From contig CM097882.1 of NCBI GenBank assembly GCA_044892505.1, positions 432,636,001 to 432,700,000 of the forward strand: 64,000 nt of DNA, given 5' to 3'. Under the pieces are notes generated by a model. It was not told the DNA's origin, made no database searches, and saw only the letters and a program-made list of their open reading frames with translations. Below are positions 38,061 to 49,958 of the stretch, piece after piece. The stretch comes from Schmidtea nova. Lineage: Eukaryota. The first letter of the stretch is position 1. Each line of letters begins with the position of its first letter. A program made the translations under genes and the position numbers.

Positions 38061-38728
38061 ATGTGGAAAGAAGAAAAGACATTAATTGATAATGTGGAAA
38101 GTTCGTGGTTATTGAAGTTTGGACCGTCAATAGAAATTCATGTTGATAAAGGAAAAGGTTTCGAATCCCAAGCTTTTAAAAATATGGCATTAAAGTATCA
38201 CTTGAAGATTGTTTATTCAAGTCCTTATCACCATCAATCTAATGGACAAATTGAAAGGCAATTTAAAATGCTAAGAGACTGGATTTCCTGCTGTTTGGAA
38301 GAGAAACAATTTAAGACATGGGAAGAAGCATTGCCTTATATAGAATTTTCAATGATATCAACAATGCAGTCAAGTATAAAGTTAGTCCTGTTGAAGTAAT
38401 TTATGGAAGGAAATTTTGCAAAGAGCGTTTTACTAATGGTCTAGAAATTATTGCTAAAGAACGAAAGAAACATGAAATAGCATTGAATATTAAATCATTG
38501 AACCGTATAAGTAATTATAATCAGGAAAATCGAATACATAGATCTTTCGGAGTCGGTAAATTGGTACTCGTCAAGGAAGATCTCGGAAACAAGCAAGATA
38601 ACAGGTATAACAGGACCTTTTGAAATAATTGAAAAATATAATAAAAATAGTTATTTATTAAAGAATGCTAATAATAAATGTATAACTAGAAATATGGAAT
38701 GGCTAAAGCCATTTAAAATGAGGGGGAA
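38061..38728 (+). mobile_element. Ty3/Gypsy integrase C-terminal half plus polypurine tract
   Basis: IHVDKGKGF, SSPYHHQSNGQIER, SPVEVIYG, GPFEI; PPT GAGGGGGAA directly before TG at 38729. Confidence 0.88.
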
Positions 38729-38842
38729 TGCGAATATCACTGATTGCGAATACCCACCAATTTGTTGCATTACCAACGCATTACGAGCAACAAGATGGTT
38801 AATTCAATGTTTTGTATGTTGAGTTGTTGATGTGAGCCATAG
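38729..38842 (-). repeat. Partial motif A/LTR-like copy directly after the PPT
   Basis: Matches 28490-28600; homology breaks at the GTGA core; runs into the N-gap. Confidence 0.65.
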
Positions 38843-39109
38843 NNNNNNNNNNNNNNNNNNNNNNNNNNNNNNNNNNNNNNNNNNNNNNNNNNNNNNNNNN
38901 NNNNNNNNNNNNNNNNNNNNNNNNNNNNNNNNNNNNNNNNNNNNNNNNNNNNNNNNNNNNNNNNNNNNNNNNNNNNNNNNNNNNNNNNNNNNNNNNNNNN
39001 NNNNNNNNNNNNNNNNNNNNNNNNNNNNNNNNNNNNNNNNNNNNNNNNNNNNNNNNNNNNNNNNNNNNNNNNNNNNNNNNNNNNNNNNNNNNNNNNNNNN
39101 NNNNNNNNN
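38843..39109. other. Assembly gap (N run)
   Basis: Run of N. Confidence 1.
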
Positions 39110-39119
39110 AGCCTGCAAA

Positions 39120-39620
39120 GGTTTCTGGAACTAACATTAAAATATTTTTGTTCTTTTCTACTGTTATTAATCCTCCATCAATTCATGTATTTTTTACGTT
39201 AAATGGGAAACAATTCTCTTTTTCCTGTACGCATCCATTTTCCAATATTTCTTGTAGCTCTCGAAGCCTCATGTTCTTCAGCTGTAGCTTCAATACTTTT
39301 TCCATAGCTTTTGTTCTTTGGATAGTATATATATATATATATGATTTTGATTTTCCTTCCTTGGCTTCTTCACTGGGTACAAATCATAGCTAACCATGTT
39401 TGAAATTGAGGACTGATTGGTGTTTTTGTAGTGTTCATGAAATCCAATGCTTTGTGGTGGTGCAAATTATGAATGTTTCCCGTAAAGATATTCTCTAAAA
39501 TGTATGGCAAACTCATGTACAGCAATAAATTCTTTCCTGGTTACACAGTAATTCAACAAATCTTCAACAAGAACTAAGTTAAGTGACGAAGATTACAAGC
39601 AACTCTAAGACTGGTCACAT
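39120..39620 (-). mobile_element. Ty3/Gypsy RNase H and integrase-linker fragment, decayed
   Basis: NYCVTRKEFIAV...HFREYLYGK, HKALDF, FQTWL, DGGLI...LVP. Confidence 0.75.
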
Positions 39621-39839
39621 CTCAAAAGATTGTTCCTAATATTGATACTCTTGTGGTGGCTAAACATTGCCAACTAAGTAGCCAGAAATAAAAATAATAT
39701 ATTTGACGCTTTGTTTGTCTTTATTTAAATAATTTTGTGTTACATTTTTATGTTCATAATAATGTTTTTTTCCTATTTCTAATAAACTGTAATTATGATA
39801 CACTCTCGAGTATTTATTTTCAAAGATTATGTTGCAGCC

Positions 39840-39899
39840 CACGGTTCATTATACTAATCTAATCTGGCCCGCAGGCAAGATTGAGTTTGAGACCCCTGA
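39840..39899 (+). mobile_element. Right terminus of a hAT-family MITE
   Basis: Ends CTGGCCCGC...GAGTTTGAGACCCCTG (TIR CAGGGGTCTCAAAC); left end not found. Confidence 0.45.
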
Positions 39900-41056
39900 G
39901 TTAATTGAATTTAGTCACTCTAGCGGAACGGTTTTGTGAATTACGAACAGTAACTAAAAAGTATGATTTTGTGTTTTATGTTTTGTTGTACATATTTTTG
40001 TTTTAATTATTAAGTTTTGACAATATAGATTTGAAATATGATTATTTTTGCTCTTTCTCGATTAGATTTTTACCGAATTAAACTTTTTAAAGAAAATCTC
40101 TGTCGACTCAGGCCACGAATTCCCGATCGATGGAAGTTCTTGACCCAAAAAGTTGGGTCGAGTCTTGTGACTTTCATTATGTTAAATTACATAAATTGAC
40201 TAGGGTAAAAGGGAATTAGTGGGTGTAATTGGAAAGTGAACCAGAAGTAATAGACTGGGTGTTATTCAGATATTTTGGGAAATTAATAGACTTATTTGTT
40301 AAATATCATAAAGCGAGGTTTTAGAAAGTTATGAATTGATAAAATTGAGAGAAGCCTTTAAGATAAAGAGTAATTATGAGCGTAAGGCTTTCTATTCGCA
40401 GCAGGAAACCGAAAGAGAGAATGCAATGGTTAAATTTAACAAGGAAGCTCGTTTGCTTTCTGAATAATCGAACCACGGTGTACATTACCAACATAGATTA
40501 CTAAGGAATAACTATGGGCACACGAGTGAGGGAGTTTTAACATTTTCATGATGGTATGTGGATTACCGTAATCCCTAGAAAAAACAATTTTTAACAATCC
40601 ATACACCAACACTTCTGTTTAAAAATTATCAAGTCTTAGAAATTTTCATTTCTTTACCAGTATGTCATTTTTAAAAAACCAGGTAGAAAGTAATCAGTGT
40701 CAAAATATATTTTTTATGTAAAGTAAATAAATTTAAAATAACTGATAAAGATTATTTATTAAAATATAAAAATAATTTTAGTTTTTAATAATTTTTTTAC
40801 ATGATATTTATATTATTTGGCCTTGAAATAAAATTTGTTTCAACTAGTAGTAATTCTTTGTGATAAATTATTTTATTGACTTTCTAATAATCATTTTAAA
40901 ACATATGCGACCATTACATACATTTAAAGAATTAATTAATTGGAAACCCGAAAATTCAAGTGACAAATATTTAATTAATTATCATAAACCAATATTCCAA
41001 GAATGTAATAATTTTTTTTATTAAATCTGTATTATTTAATTTCTTTTGATATTAAG

Positions 41057-41158
41057 TCAACGGCCGTAAAGTTGTTGAAAGTCAAAATTCCCGCCGCAAC
41101 AAAGTTCTTCTCTGTCATGATATGAAAGGAGGCTATCTAGATGATGCTTTCTCAGAGA
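41057..41158 (+). CDS. ENGASE: Isolated 102-nt exon of cytosolic endo-beta-N-acetylglucosaminidase (GH85)
   Basis: RNKVLLCHDMKGGYLDD matches the ENGase signature LLCHDMxGGYLDD; AG acceptor at 41055-56 and GT donor at 41159-60, same phase at both ends. Confidence 0.75.
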
Positions 41159-41814
41159 GTAAATTATTGTATAATTATATATTAATGTGAATAAATTAAA
41201 ATAAAAATTAAAGCATAATTTATGTAGTAAGTTGGTTCATAAATCAAAGACTTCAATTTCAATATATTTTTCATTTAAATCAATATAAAAAATTAATGTA
41301 TGTAGTAAGAATTTAATTTTTAAAGTTAATAAAAATAATTTATGTTGACTAAATAATTAAATAAATATAACTTATCTTTAGAAATCGATTTTATCTTTGT
41401 GATCAATAAAAATATATAAAATTTTACTTTAATAAATAAATTATAATATTATATTGTACCTTTTATATTTATTTAAATGTGCATAAATATAATTAAATCT
41501 TTATACAACAAATGCTTATTACACATAAATAAAACTACATTCAGAAGTAAGATAACTGTCAATAAAAAGAAAATGGTGATTAATTGTCACATATAATTGT
41601 TAGTATTCAGAGTATAAGAGAAAGAGTGATCAAACAGATTGATAATATAATTCTTAGTATTCGATATTGGTTTGTTATTGATTGATTCTGAGTTTGAGTA
41701 TTGTTGAGGTTTGTTATTCGTTGAGATTTGGTTGGAATGATCTTGATTGATGTCATTTGATATATTTTGGGCTGATTGCACATATGGGATTTTCAGATTA
41801 AGCTTCTGCATATA

Positions 41815-44398
41815 CACTCAATTCTGTTTTTATGCGGTTTTTTATACAAACAAATTTTTTATACGATTTATAAATTATGCGACTTGTTCCTTCTTTTTTT
41901 GTGCTCGTCATGATTCTTTTTTCACCTACTTCTTCACTCATTGCGTAGTAAAAAAAATAATTTTACGCACTGTGCTCATTATTATTGTGTCTGGTGTGGT
42001 TTTAAGTCGATATCAGTGAAATTTGTTGTAAACTGTTTCATGGTGTAATTTTAATGTGAGTTGTTTTTTTTATTAAATAAATGTAAAAAATTTTTATAAA
42101 TTTTTATAAATTTAAATTAAATAAAATTTTTTTTTATTTTGAAAATTTTTAGAATTTTTTCTAATTTAAATGAAATTTTTTTCTAGCTAAATTGAATTTA
42201 TCCTTTAGAAAAAAGAAACACAAACGAACGGCAATTTCTTTGGAAATTAAAATTGCAATCTTAAATCGTTTGGCGAAAGGAGAGAGATCTACGGATGTTG
42301 GTAAGCATGTTGGCTTCGGCGAATCTACTATATGAGCTAATAAAAAGAATGAAGTGTTAATAAGACAGTCTGTTATTTCGGGTACAAAATTAAGTTCCAA
42401 ATTGTAATCATATTCAAGAAATGTTTTAGTAAAAAAAAAACTAAAAAAGCGTTGATAATTTTGATTGACGATCTAACAACAAAAAAATTCCTTTAGATGG
42501 TCCGTTAATTAAAAATAAGGCTCTTACGAGCAATTGAAGCAAATAGAACCACCTTCTACCGCTCATTCCGGTACAGAATTTTCAGCAAGCACAAGATAGT
42601 TTACCCGTTTTCTAAAAAGAAATGCTTTCACAACGTGAAGATTACCGGCAAAATCGCATCAGCAGACGAGGTGACTGCTAGGCATTATTCTGAACAGTTG
42701 GCAAAAATTATTGAGGATGGTGGTAATTTTTCCGATTAGATTCTAAAAAGAAATGCTTTCACAACGTGAAGATTACCGGCAAAATCGCATCAGCAGACGA
42801 GGTGACTGCTAGGCATTATTCTGAACAGTTGGCAAAAATTATTGAGGATGGTGGTAATTTTTCCGATTAGATTTTCAACGCAGATGAGACGGGGTTATTC
42901 TGGAACATACATTGCGAAAGCTGAGAAAAAAGCAAGTGATTTTAAAGCAGCCAAAGACAGAGTAACCTTTCTACTTTGTAGCAATGCATCAGGAAATCGG
43001 ATGCTCAAACCCTTGCTTAATAATCGATCGCTACGACCGCGGGTCCTAAATATTAAAGATTTAAAAAAATTACCAGTGCATTGAATGGCGAACAAAAAGG
43101 CTTGAGTGATATATGCTTTTTCACCGAGTGGTTTAACAATTGTTTTAACAAAAGTTTATTTGAAGCAAAAGGGACTTGATTTTAAAGTTCTGTTGATTGC
43201 CGATTATACAACGAGCCAAATTCAGCCATTAGATCAAGGTATAATTGCTACTTTTAAAAAATATTATGTGAAACAAACCTTCCAATTCATTTTGAATCAA
43301 GTTGATAATGAGCCAATTACACTTACAGGCGTTTGGAAAAAGTTTTCGATTCTAGACTGTATTAAGCATGCTACTTCTGCTATTAGTGAAATAAAACCAC
43401 GAACTTTAAATGCGTGTTGGAAAACACTATGGCCTCAATACATCACAAACAGAAACACAATTAGTCAAGGATCGACGGTTTCTGCTGAAATTATTGCTTT
43501 AGCACATGAAATTGGTGGCGAAGATTTTGATACATTTAACGAGAATGATGTCAATAAATTGCTTGTGGACAAGGCCTTAAGTGACGATGATGTTATCGAA
43601 TTATTGGATCCGGTCCTAGATCCAGAAAATAATAGTAATTTAGAAGACAGTGAACCTGCCCCGCTCACTGCAAAAATAATTCGAGAAGGTCTTCAACTTT
43701 GCAACTCATTAGAAAATCATTTTATTAATAATGACCCAAATTCTGAACGGGCATTAAAATTCCAGCGTGATCTGAAGAATTGCATTTCTGGGTATCAGGA
43801 ACTTCTAAAACAATTTCAGAAATCGTCGCAGTTTAATAGCAGATTTTGTTGTCAAAGAAGCAAAACCACCAGCCGTTGAAATTAGCACAGGATATAATGA
43901 AGGAGAATTAATTTTGTCACCCGAATTGTTGACTATCTATAGCAGCGATAATATGATTTCGTACCAGTTAAAAAACGGTCGCGGGCATTGTCAAGAAGTG
44001 AAGATAATGACTAATTGTAATTTTCATTTAGTATCTAAGAAAAGTGAAATAAAAAATTTTTTTTTGGACTCGTGATCTCAATTTGTTTTAAATCTATAAT
44101 CCTCTTTTCTTCAAACAACTTTAATTACCCACCATAAGCCTCTCCAAGAAGGGTAACTTTTTGTGCGATTTTTTGGTTATTTAGTTTTCTGCGGTTTTTG
44201 AAAATTATTGAACTTATCACTATTTATTCAATGTAGGTAGTGTCTTTTTATGTGATTTTTTGGTTATTTATTTAGTTTTATGCGGTTTTCGAAAATTAAT
44301 GAACTTATCCCTATTTATTCAATGTATAGTGTCTTTTTATGCGATTTTTTTGCTTTTTTCTGAGGAACGTATCTATCGCATAAAAACAGAACTGAGTG
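41815..44398 (+). mobile_element. pogo/Tigger-like (CENP-B DDE_1) transposon, complete ends, decayed transposase
   Basis: 22-bp TIR CACTCA(A/G)TTCTGTTTTTATGCG, TA TSD on both sides; FNADETG, TFLLCSNASG, QPLDQGII motifs. Confidence 0.93.
42610..42871 (+). repeat. 131-bp perfect tandem duplication inside the Tigger transposase
   Basis: 42610-42740 equals 42741-42871. Confidence 0.92.
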
Positions 44399-44850
44399 TA
44401 TATTTATCGGGTATCTATTGAGCCATGTTTTGTAGTTCTTTAAAAGTATGAATTTGTTGATCGGCTTACCCTCATCATCTAACACTTTGAAACACTGTAA
44501 CTTGGTTAATACTGATTTTTTTATATCAAAATAAGAATTATTAGATTCGATACACTTTCCTGAGATATAATGTTGTTTATTCCGTTAACCCGTCTAGTTT
44601 CTTCAGTTTTCTTATTTGTTTCAAAGGCAAAATAGTGGAATAATCAACTCAGACTATCGATATTTCTCGCTTTTATATCAGTATGTTAATTTTGACTACT
44701 GCCTTCAATTGGTTGTCGAAAACAACAGAGGTATTCGCGATTTTCATGGTCTTTTAGACTACTCTTGCCTTAAATTTGGTTGATATTTTGAGCAGTTTGA
44801 GATGGACTATGCCCGAGTAAGAATTTATAATAGCTTAAAATAGTGTAGAT
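44399..44850 (-). pseudogene. Decayed homologue of the 14705-15181 ORF, split by the Tigger (continues left of 41814)
   Basis: LDDEGKPINKFILLKNYKTWLNRYPINI vs LNDEGKPIEIFTVKKYYRTGDNKYRVNI, ungapped, about half identical. Confidence 0.6.
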
Positions 44851-44947
44851 AAGACTCAATGATTTTTTTGCGATCATTTTTATTAGATAAGCCTCACGTT
44901 TTTAAATTTGAAAACATTCATTAGTGTATTTAAAAAATCTCAATTAA

Positions 44948-45169
44948 CCTCTTAACGCCTGAATTAATTAATTTAAAATTTTCATTAATTAATAATATAT
45001 TTTTTTCCATTAAAACATAATAATATAAATAGATATTATATTTATATCTTATGATAAGAATGTACTAAATATATTGCGCCTGATCATGTCTCGAAAAAAA
45101 TATTTTTCTGTCGTGTATATAATTGTAGAAAAGGTTTGTAGCGAATTTGTAGTGTTCGGCGTTAAGAGG
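44948..45169. mobile_element. piggyBac-type MITE
   Basis: 12-bp perfect TIR CCTCTTAACGCC; TTAA on the left, TCAA on the right. Confidence 0.75.
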
Positions 45170-45217
45170 TCAAATCTCAGAAAAGACTGAATGGGGCTTA
45201 TCAAGATGACTTTAGAG

Positions 45218-45544
45218 CATCGTTTCCCAAAGTGGGTTCCGTGGACTGATAGCATGGGTTCCGCGAACTTTTTGTAAATAAATAATTTATAAAAAAAGAT
45301 TTATAAATAAAGATTAATAAATAATTCTCGATTTTATTCGATCCAATTTAAAATTCTTTTTCAATTCCATTGATATTGCCTTCAAAAATGCATTTCCATT
45401 CTATTTCATATGTGCCAATTCCATTTCATTCACTATATAAAAACTAGATCTGGCAGCATTTGCATTTGATTTTTATAAATAGGGTTCCGTCAAAAATTTG
45501 AAATCAAAAAGGGTGCCGCGGTGAACAGACTTTGGGAAACGCTG
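45218..45544. mobile_element. hAT MITE (327 bp)
   Basis: TIR CA(T/G)CGTTTCCCAAAGT; 8-bp TSD CTTTAGAG on both sides. Confidence 0.92.
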
Positions 45545-46387
45545 CTTTAGAGTAATAGATTTGATGAAAATTCTTTTTTGACTTATTTTTATTAAATTAT
45601 CAATGTAAATAAAAATATAATTTTAATTAAAAATAATGACAAAATAAGCTTAAAATCTGTATGTAATTTATTATTATCAAATGGGATTTATCATCTAATT
45701 ACTGATGTTAAACTTTGAAAATCGCAAAAGCGATCTAATATATATTCCAAATTGATAAATTGTACCTTATTTTTTTTTAAATGAAATGTTTAACATTGAA
45801 AAAAGCTGCATGTTTTTGATCGCTGCTTTTGATATATGGGGCAGATATTTTCATTCTCTTACAACGAATGAACTTATAATTATTAACATTTCCTGGATTT
45901 TAAGAGTTTTATTGATAGGCAACACTGACCCAGCACTTGAATGAGTCCATATCTCATATGGACTGCTTAAAATATTGAATAAATTAAAAAAATTTCATAA
46001 TTGATGTATAATAATATTACATCATATGTCATAGTTATTAAGTTTCTTCGATATTCACGAGGAACAAATATGCCGACAGTTTAATGTTACTCGTAGTTCT
46101 TTTTATCAATTCGTGATTAATTTTAGTAATTGATTCAATCTGACATCATGACAAATGGTGGTCATCCATAAGTTTTCAGTTTCTCTCAAATTTTCTGTCC
46201 AACTGTTGCAGTTTCTGACTTATTAATTATTCTTATATATTTAGTAAATCATCATAAATAATGTCTGCTGATTCATCAATTTATGTTCTCGCCGTTGCTT
46301 TTATAAAGTTGAAATCATTAAGTTCTTTTTTTGGTTCCTTTAATTTACTATTTCATTCTTATCTTTTATCACTTCGGTATTTTTTCA

Positions 46388-47493
46388 GAAATTATTAAGT
46401 TTTCTTTTTTGTAAAAATACCGTTTAAAAATCTGTTCTTTATTAATTTTTAAAGATTAGGTGTTTTGATATTTGATTAGTGTTCATTTTGTAACTTTGTT
46501 TAAAAATTATATTTAAATTAGTGAAAATGAAATTTTTTTAAAAAATTTTGGAGTCTCATCCATTTACTTAGGCTTGTAGGACGTGTTGTTGTTCTACTTA
46601 CAAATACTTGTCTCTACTCTCAGGTACTTTTCTCTCTAGGGTTACAACACGCACATATAAATCTTACTGCTTATGCACCCGTAAATACCCTATTTATTTA
46701 CGTTGGTACTGTGCATGACAGCTGACTGCGAATCGACAGGTGAGCTCCTATACAAGAACTACTCTCGATTCGTCACTCGTACGGGTTCTACTGGACCGAT
46801 AGAAGGTCATGTTATTTCCCACTCTCACTCTTGCGATGGTCTCTATTTTCGGGTGTGATCTCTTAATTATCTCTTTAAATTCCATCTCAGTTCTCCGTCG
46901 GAAAAACAATAAACAAATTTATACTACGAAATTTATTAACGAAATTATTAAGTTTTCTTTTTTGTAAAAATACCGTTAAAAAATCTGTTCTTTATTAATT
47001 TTTAAAGATTAGGTGTTTTGATATTTGATTAGTGTTCATTTTGTAACTTTGTTTAAAAATTATATTTAAATTAGTGAAAATGAAATTTTTTTAAAAAATT
47101 TTGGAGTCTCATCCATTTACTTAGGCTTGTAGGACGTGTTGTTGTTCTACTTACAAATACTTGTCTCTACTCTCAGGTACTTTTCTCTCTAGGGTTACAA
47201 CACGCACATATAAATCTTACTGCTTATGCACCCGTAAATACCCTATTTATTTACGTTGGTACTGTGCATGACAGCTGACTGCGAATCGACAGGTGAGCTC
47301 CTATACAAGAACTACTCTCGATTCGTCACTCGTACGGGTTCTACTGGACCGATAGAAGGTCATGTTATTTCCCACTCTCACTCTTGCGATGGTCTCTATT
47401 TTCGGGTGTGATCTCTTAATTATCTCTTTAAATTCCATCTCAGTTCTCCGTCGGAAAAACAATAAACAAATTTATACTACGAAATTTATTAAC
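46388..47493 (+). repeat. 553-bp tandem duplication, each unit carrying an LTR-like start (TGTAGG) and motif A (46702-46808, 47255-47361)
   Basis: Units look identical except one base near the start; stem CGAATCGA/TCGATTCG, core CAGGTGAGC...ACTACTC, hairpin GACC-GATAGAA-GGTC. Confidence 0.9.
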
Positions 47494-47639
47494 GATATAA
47501 TGAGGTCAAAACAAAACGCAACAATTAAATTAATTTAATACATATAAATAGTTATCGATCATCACATTACATAAAGCTTATTCAAGTTAATTTTTCCATT
47601 TTCGAATTCCCTAGGATTTGTCAAGAGTAGGTTATGCTC

Positions 47640-48309
47640 TTATTCCAAGCGCTGTTTCGCTCTCCGTCGACGCTGCGCGTGAGTGCGTAGGCGCTTCATT
47701 GTCACCTCGTTGACCTCTCCCATGGTAGTACTGTTATTATCTGTATCTTTAGCCACCGGATACTAGTTCGTCAGAGTGATGGGTCGTATGAGCACTTTTA
47801 AGTTTGTCGCTACAAACTGTTGGGTGATGATCTTCCGACAGTTTCTCAACTTTATCCTTGTGGCAGTAGGAAGTGAGCCCGCCAGATATAGGTCAAGACC
47901 CCCCCTAGAAAATTTTTTTATGTAGGTCAAATTTTATGTAGGTCAATTTAATGGCAAATTTTTCGCTTAAGGACACTTTAAGGACACTTTAAGGTCAAAT
48001 TTTTCGCTTAAGGCCACTTTGAGGACACTTTAAGGTCAAAAAGTAGGACAAGGTCGTTTTAAAAACACTTTAAGGTGAATTTAAGGTCAAATTTATGGTT
48101 TAAGGACACTCCAAACGGCAATCTTCCAATGCACTAGTAGTTCTCAATAATTTGTCTTGAACGGCCTTCATTTCGACCGGCGAAAAATAATGGTCTTCTA
48201 GATCTAATGTGCTTCGCTTTAAGCTTCCGATGGTTCGTATGGATACGCTTGAATCCTCTACTCCCACCAAATCCTGCATACTATCTCCTCCGATATACTC
48301 TCGACGCAT
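47640..48309 (-). pseudogene. Coiled-coil accessory ORF family, copy 4, split by a ~220-bp insert
   Basis: N-half ...HYFSPVEMK...EDCRLE (48309-48110); C-half ATRIKLRNCRKIITQQFVATNLKVLIRPITLTN* plus basic tail (47880-47640); acceptor CTAATATTTCCAG 6 nt before the ATG. Confidence 0.65.
47880..48110. repeat. Insert made of short degenerate repeats (TAAGGTCAAA / TAAGGACACT)
   Basis: Many AGGTCAAA and AGGACACTT units interrupting the ORF. Confidence 0.6.
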
Positions 48310-49639
48310 TCGCTTCTGGAAATATTAGATATTTATGTTTAGCTTATAAGGGTTAGCGCGATTTATTCCCTTTCTCGGTGACTTTTACGTATCGTTCCTG
48401 TTAATTACTCTTAGTTTGTCAACTGTTCAGTTATTCACACTTAACTTTACTTGGGTTTGTACCTCCACTACAAGGGAGTGGCGCTATGGGTTACTATTTG
48501 TATCTCTACCGGTGTTTAACTGTTACTGAGTTAATGTAACCACTTAACATTACTACTTTATTATTTTTATTGAACAAATTATAAACACAATTTATAATTG
48601 GAAAATAAGAAAACACGAATATTAATATTTTGAATAGAAACACACCAATTAACACAAAATTTTAGTTTATTCGATTTGATCACGTGACTGAAGGGCCGCG
48701 AGGAGAATCGGTGGGTTCGCAAAATGGAACAGGACTAAAAACAAACCGTCGCACCTGCCAAAATTCTTCTTGTGGTATCGTACCGGTGTTGAATAACGTA
48801 TCTGTCTGGAATTTCACTCGGGGACTCCACAAATTATTTGGGGCACTCATGAGGGTATTCTCTGTCGAGGTCGATCGGCCATTCCTGGCTTCCGTGCTAG
48901 ATTACCTGATCTGGGCTATCTCGAAAAAACTACCGTGCTCGCGAAGGTTCGATGGTGTTCGTTTAAAATTTCGTTGGCGAGATCTGCGGGGATGCACATC
49001 AGTGGCATCACCAAGATCAGATGGTTGTCGTACATGATAGGCTTAGTTTCCGTGTTCGAGGCCGATTTCTCCTTCTTCACTAGGTTCAGACTTAGCTGTT
49101 GATAGGTATATTAAATTCAATTTTGAATTAGCGATTTAATCCTCTTATTATCCGCCCTGTGCAAAATAAAATATTTTATTTATTTCTCTGAGAGGGTGAA
49201 AATAGTAATTAATTTATTGGCGATTTTTAGCGAATAGAACTCATGCATAATTAATCGAAATCCTCCCCCGCTTCATTTCACAAAATTGTTGTTTATCTTG
49301 TGCTAGCTTAATAGCGTAATTGCCACTAATGGAAAACCCATTAGTGAAATTGGAAACCTATATCCCTTCTGCTCACTTCACGTAATCAATCCATTACAGC
49401 AAAAAACTTTAATTGCTTGTGGCATCATTGCTCTCCTAGCCAACTCCCAGCGGGTGTTTAGCTGTAAAAATTTTATCTCATCTTTCAGGCAATAAATATT
49501 ATCGCTTACTACTTCGATCGAATTCCACATACTGCATCTACCAGCAAATAATTATTTATAAAAAATAGAATAAATGAAATAAATTTTACCTTAAAAATCC
49601 GGAAAATATTTTTGTTAGTGTCTTGAAATTTCTTAATTT

Positions 49640-49679
49640 AGAATTTTGGCTCCAGTCAGTAGAGTTTGGCCACCCCTGG
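49640..49679 (+). mobile_element. Right terminus of a hAT-family element
   Basis: Ends GAGTTTGGCCACCCCTG (TIR CAGGGGTGGCCAAAC); partner end not found. Confidence 0.4.
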
Positions 49680-49958
49680 TATATAAGATAAGGGGTCATC
49701 CATTGTATCTAAATTTTTCAAAAACTCACAAACATTAATTTTTTCAAAATCAGATCTTTTTGAAAACAATCGGTAATTAATTATTTATTTATACGGCTAC
49801 GGGTTGAGGTGATATCCTTTAGGTACCCAACCTCAATCATAGCTTCAAATCTAAAATTAATTTAAAATTAATTATTAATAATAATTAAAATTAATAAATA
49901 AAATTAATAATTAAATAATTCTAGCAAATGAAACAAATACCGTGGACGAGGACAGTTT

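Noticed and set aside
40090-40470. 10-bp hairpin and a short decayed ORF; weak match to 29245-29270
   Set aside because: Similarity limited to about 15 nt; no family or structure conservation shown.
48684-49110. GC-richer segment with IPADLANEILNEHH (integrase zinc-domain-like) on the minus strand
   Set aside because: Single short motif with stops in all frames; cannot assign a family.
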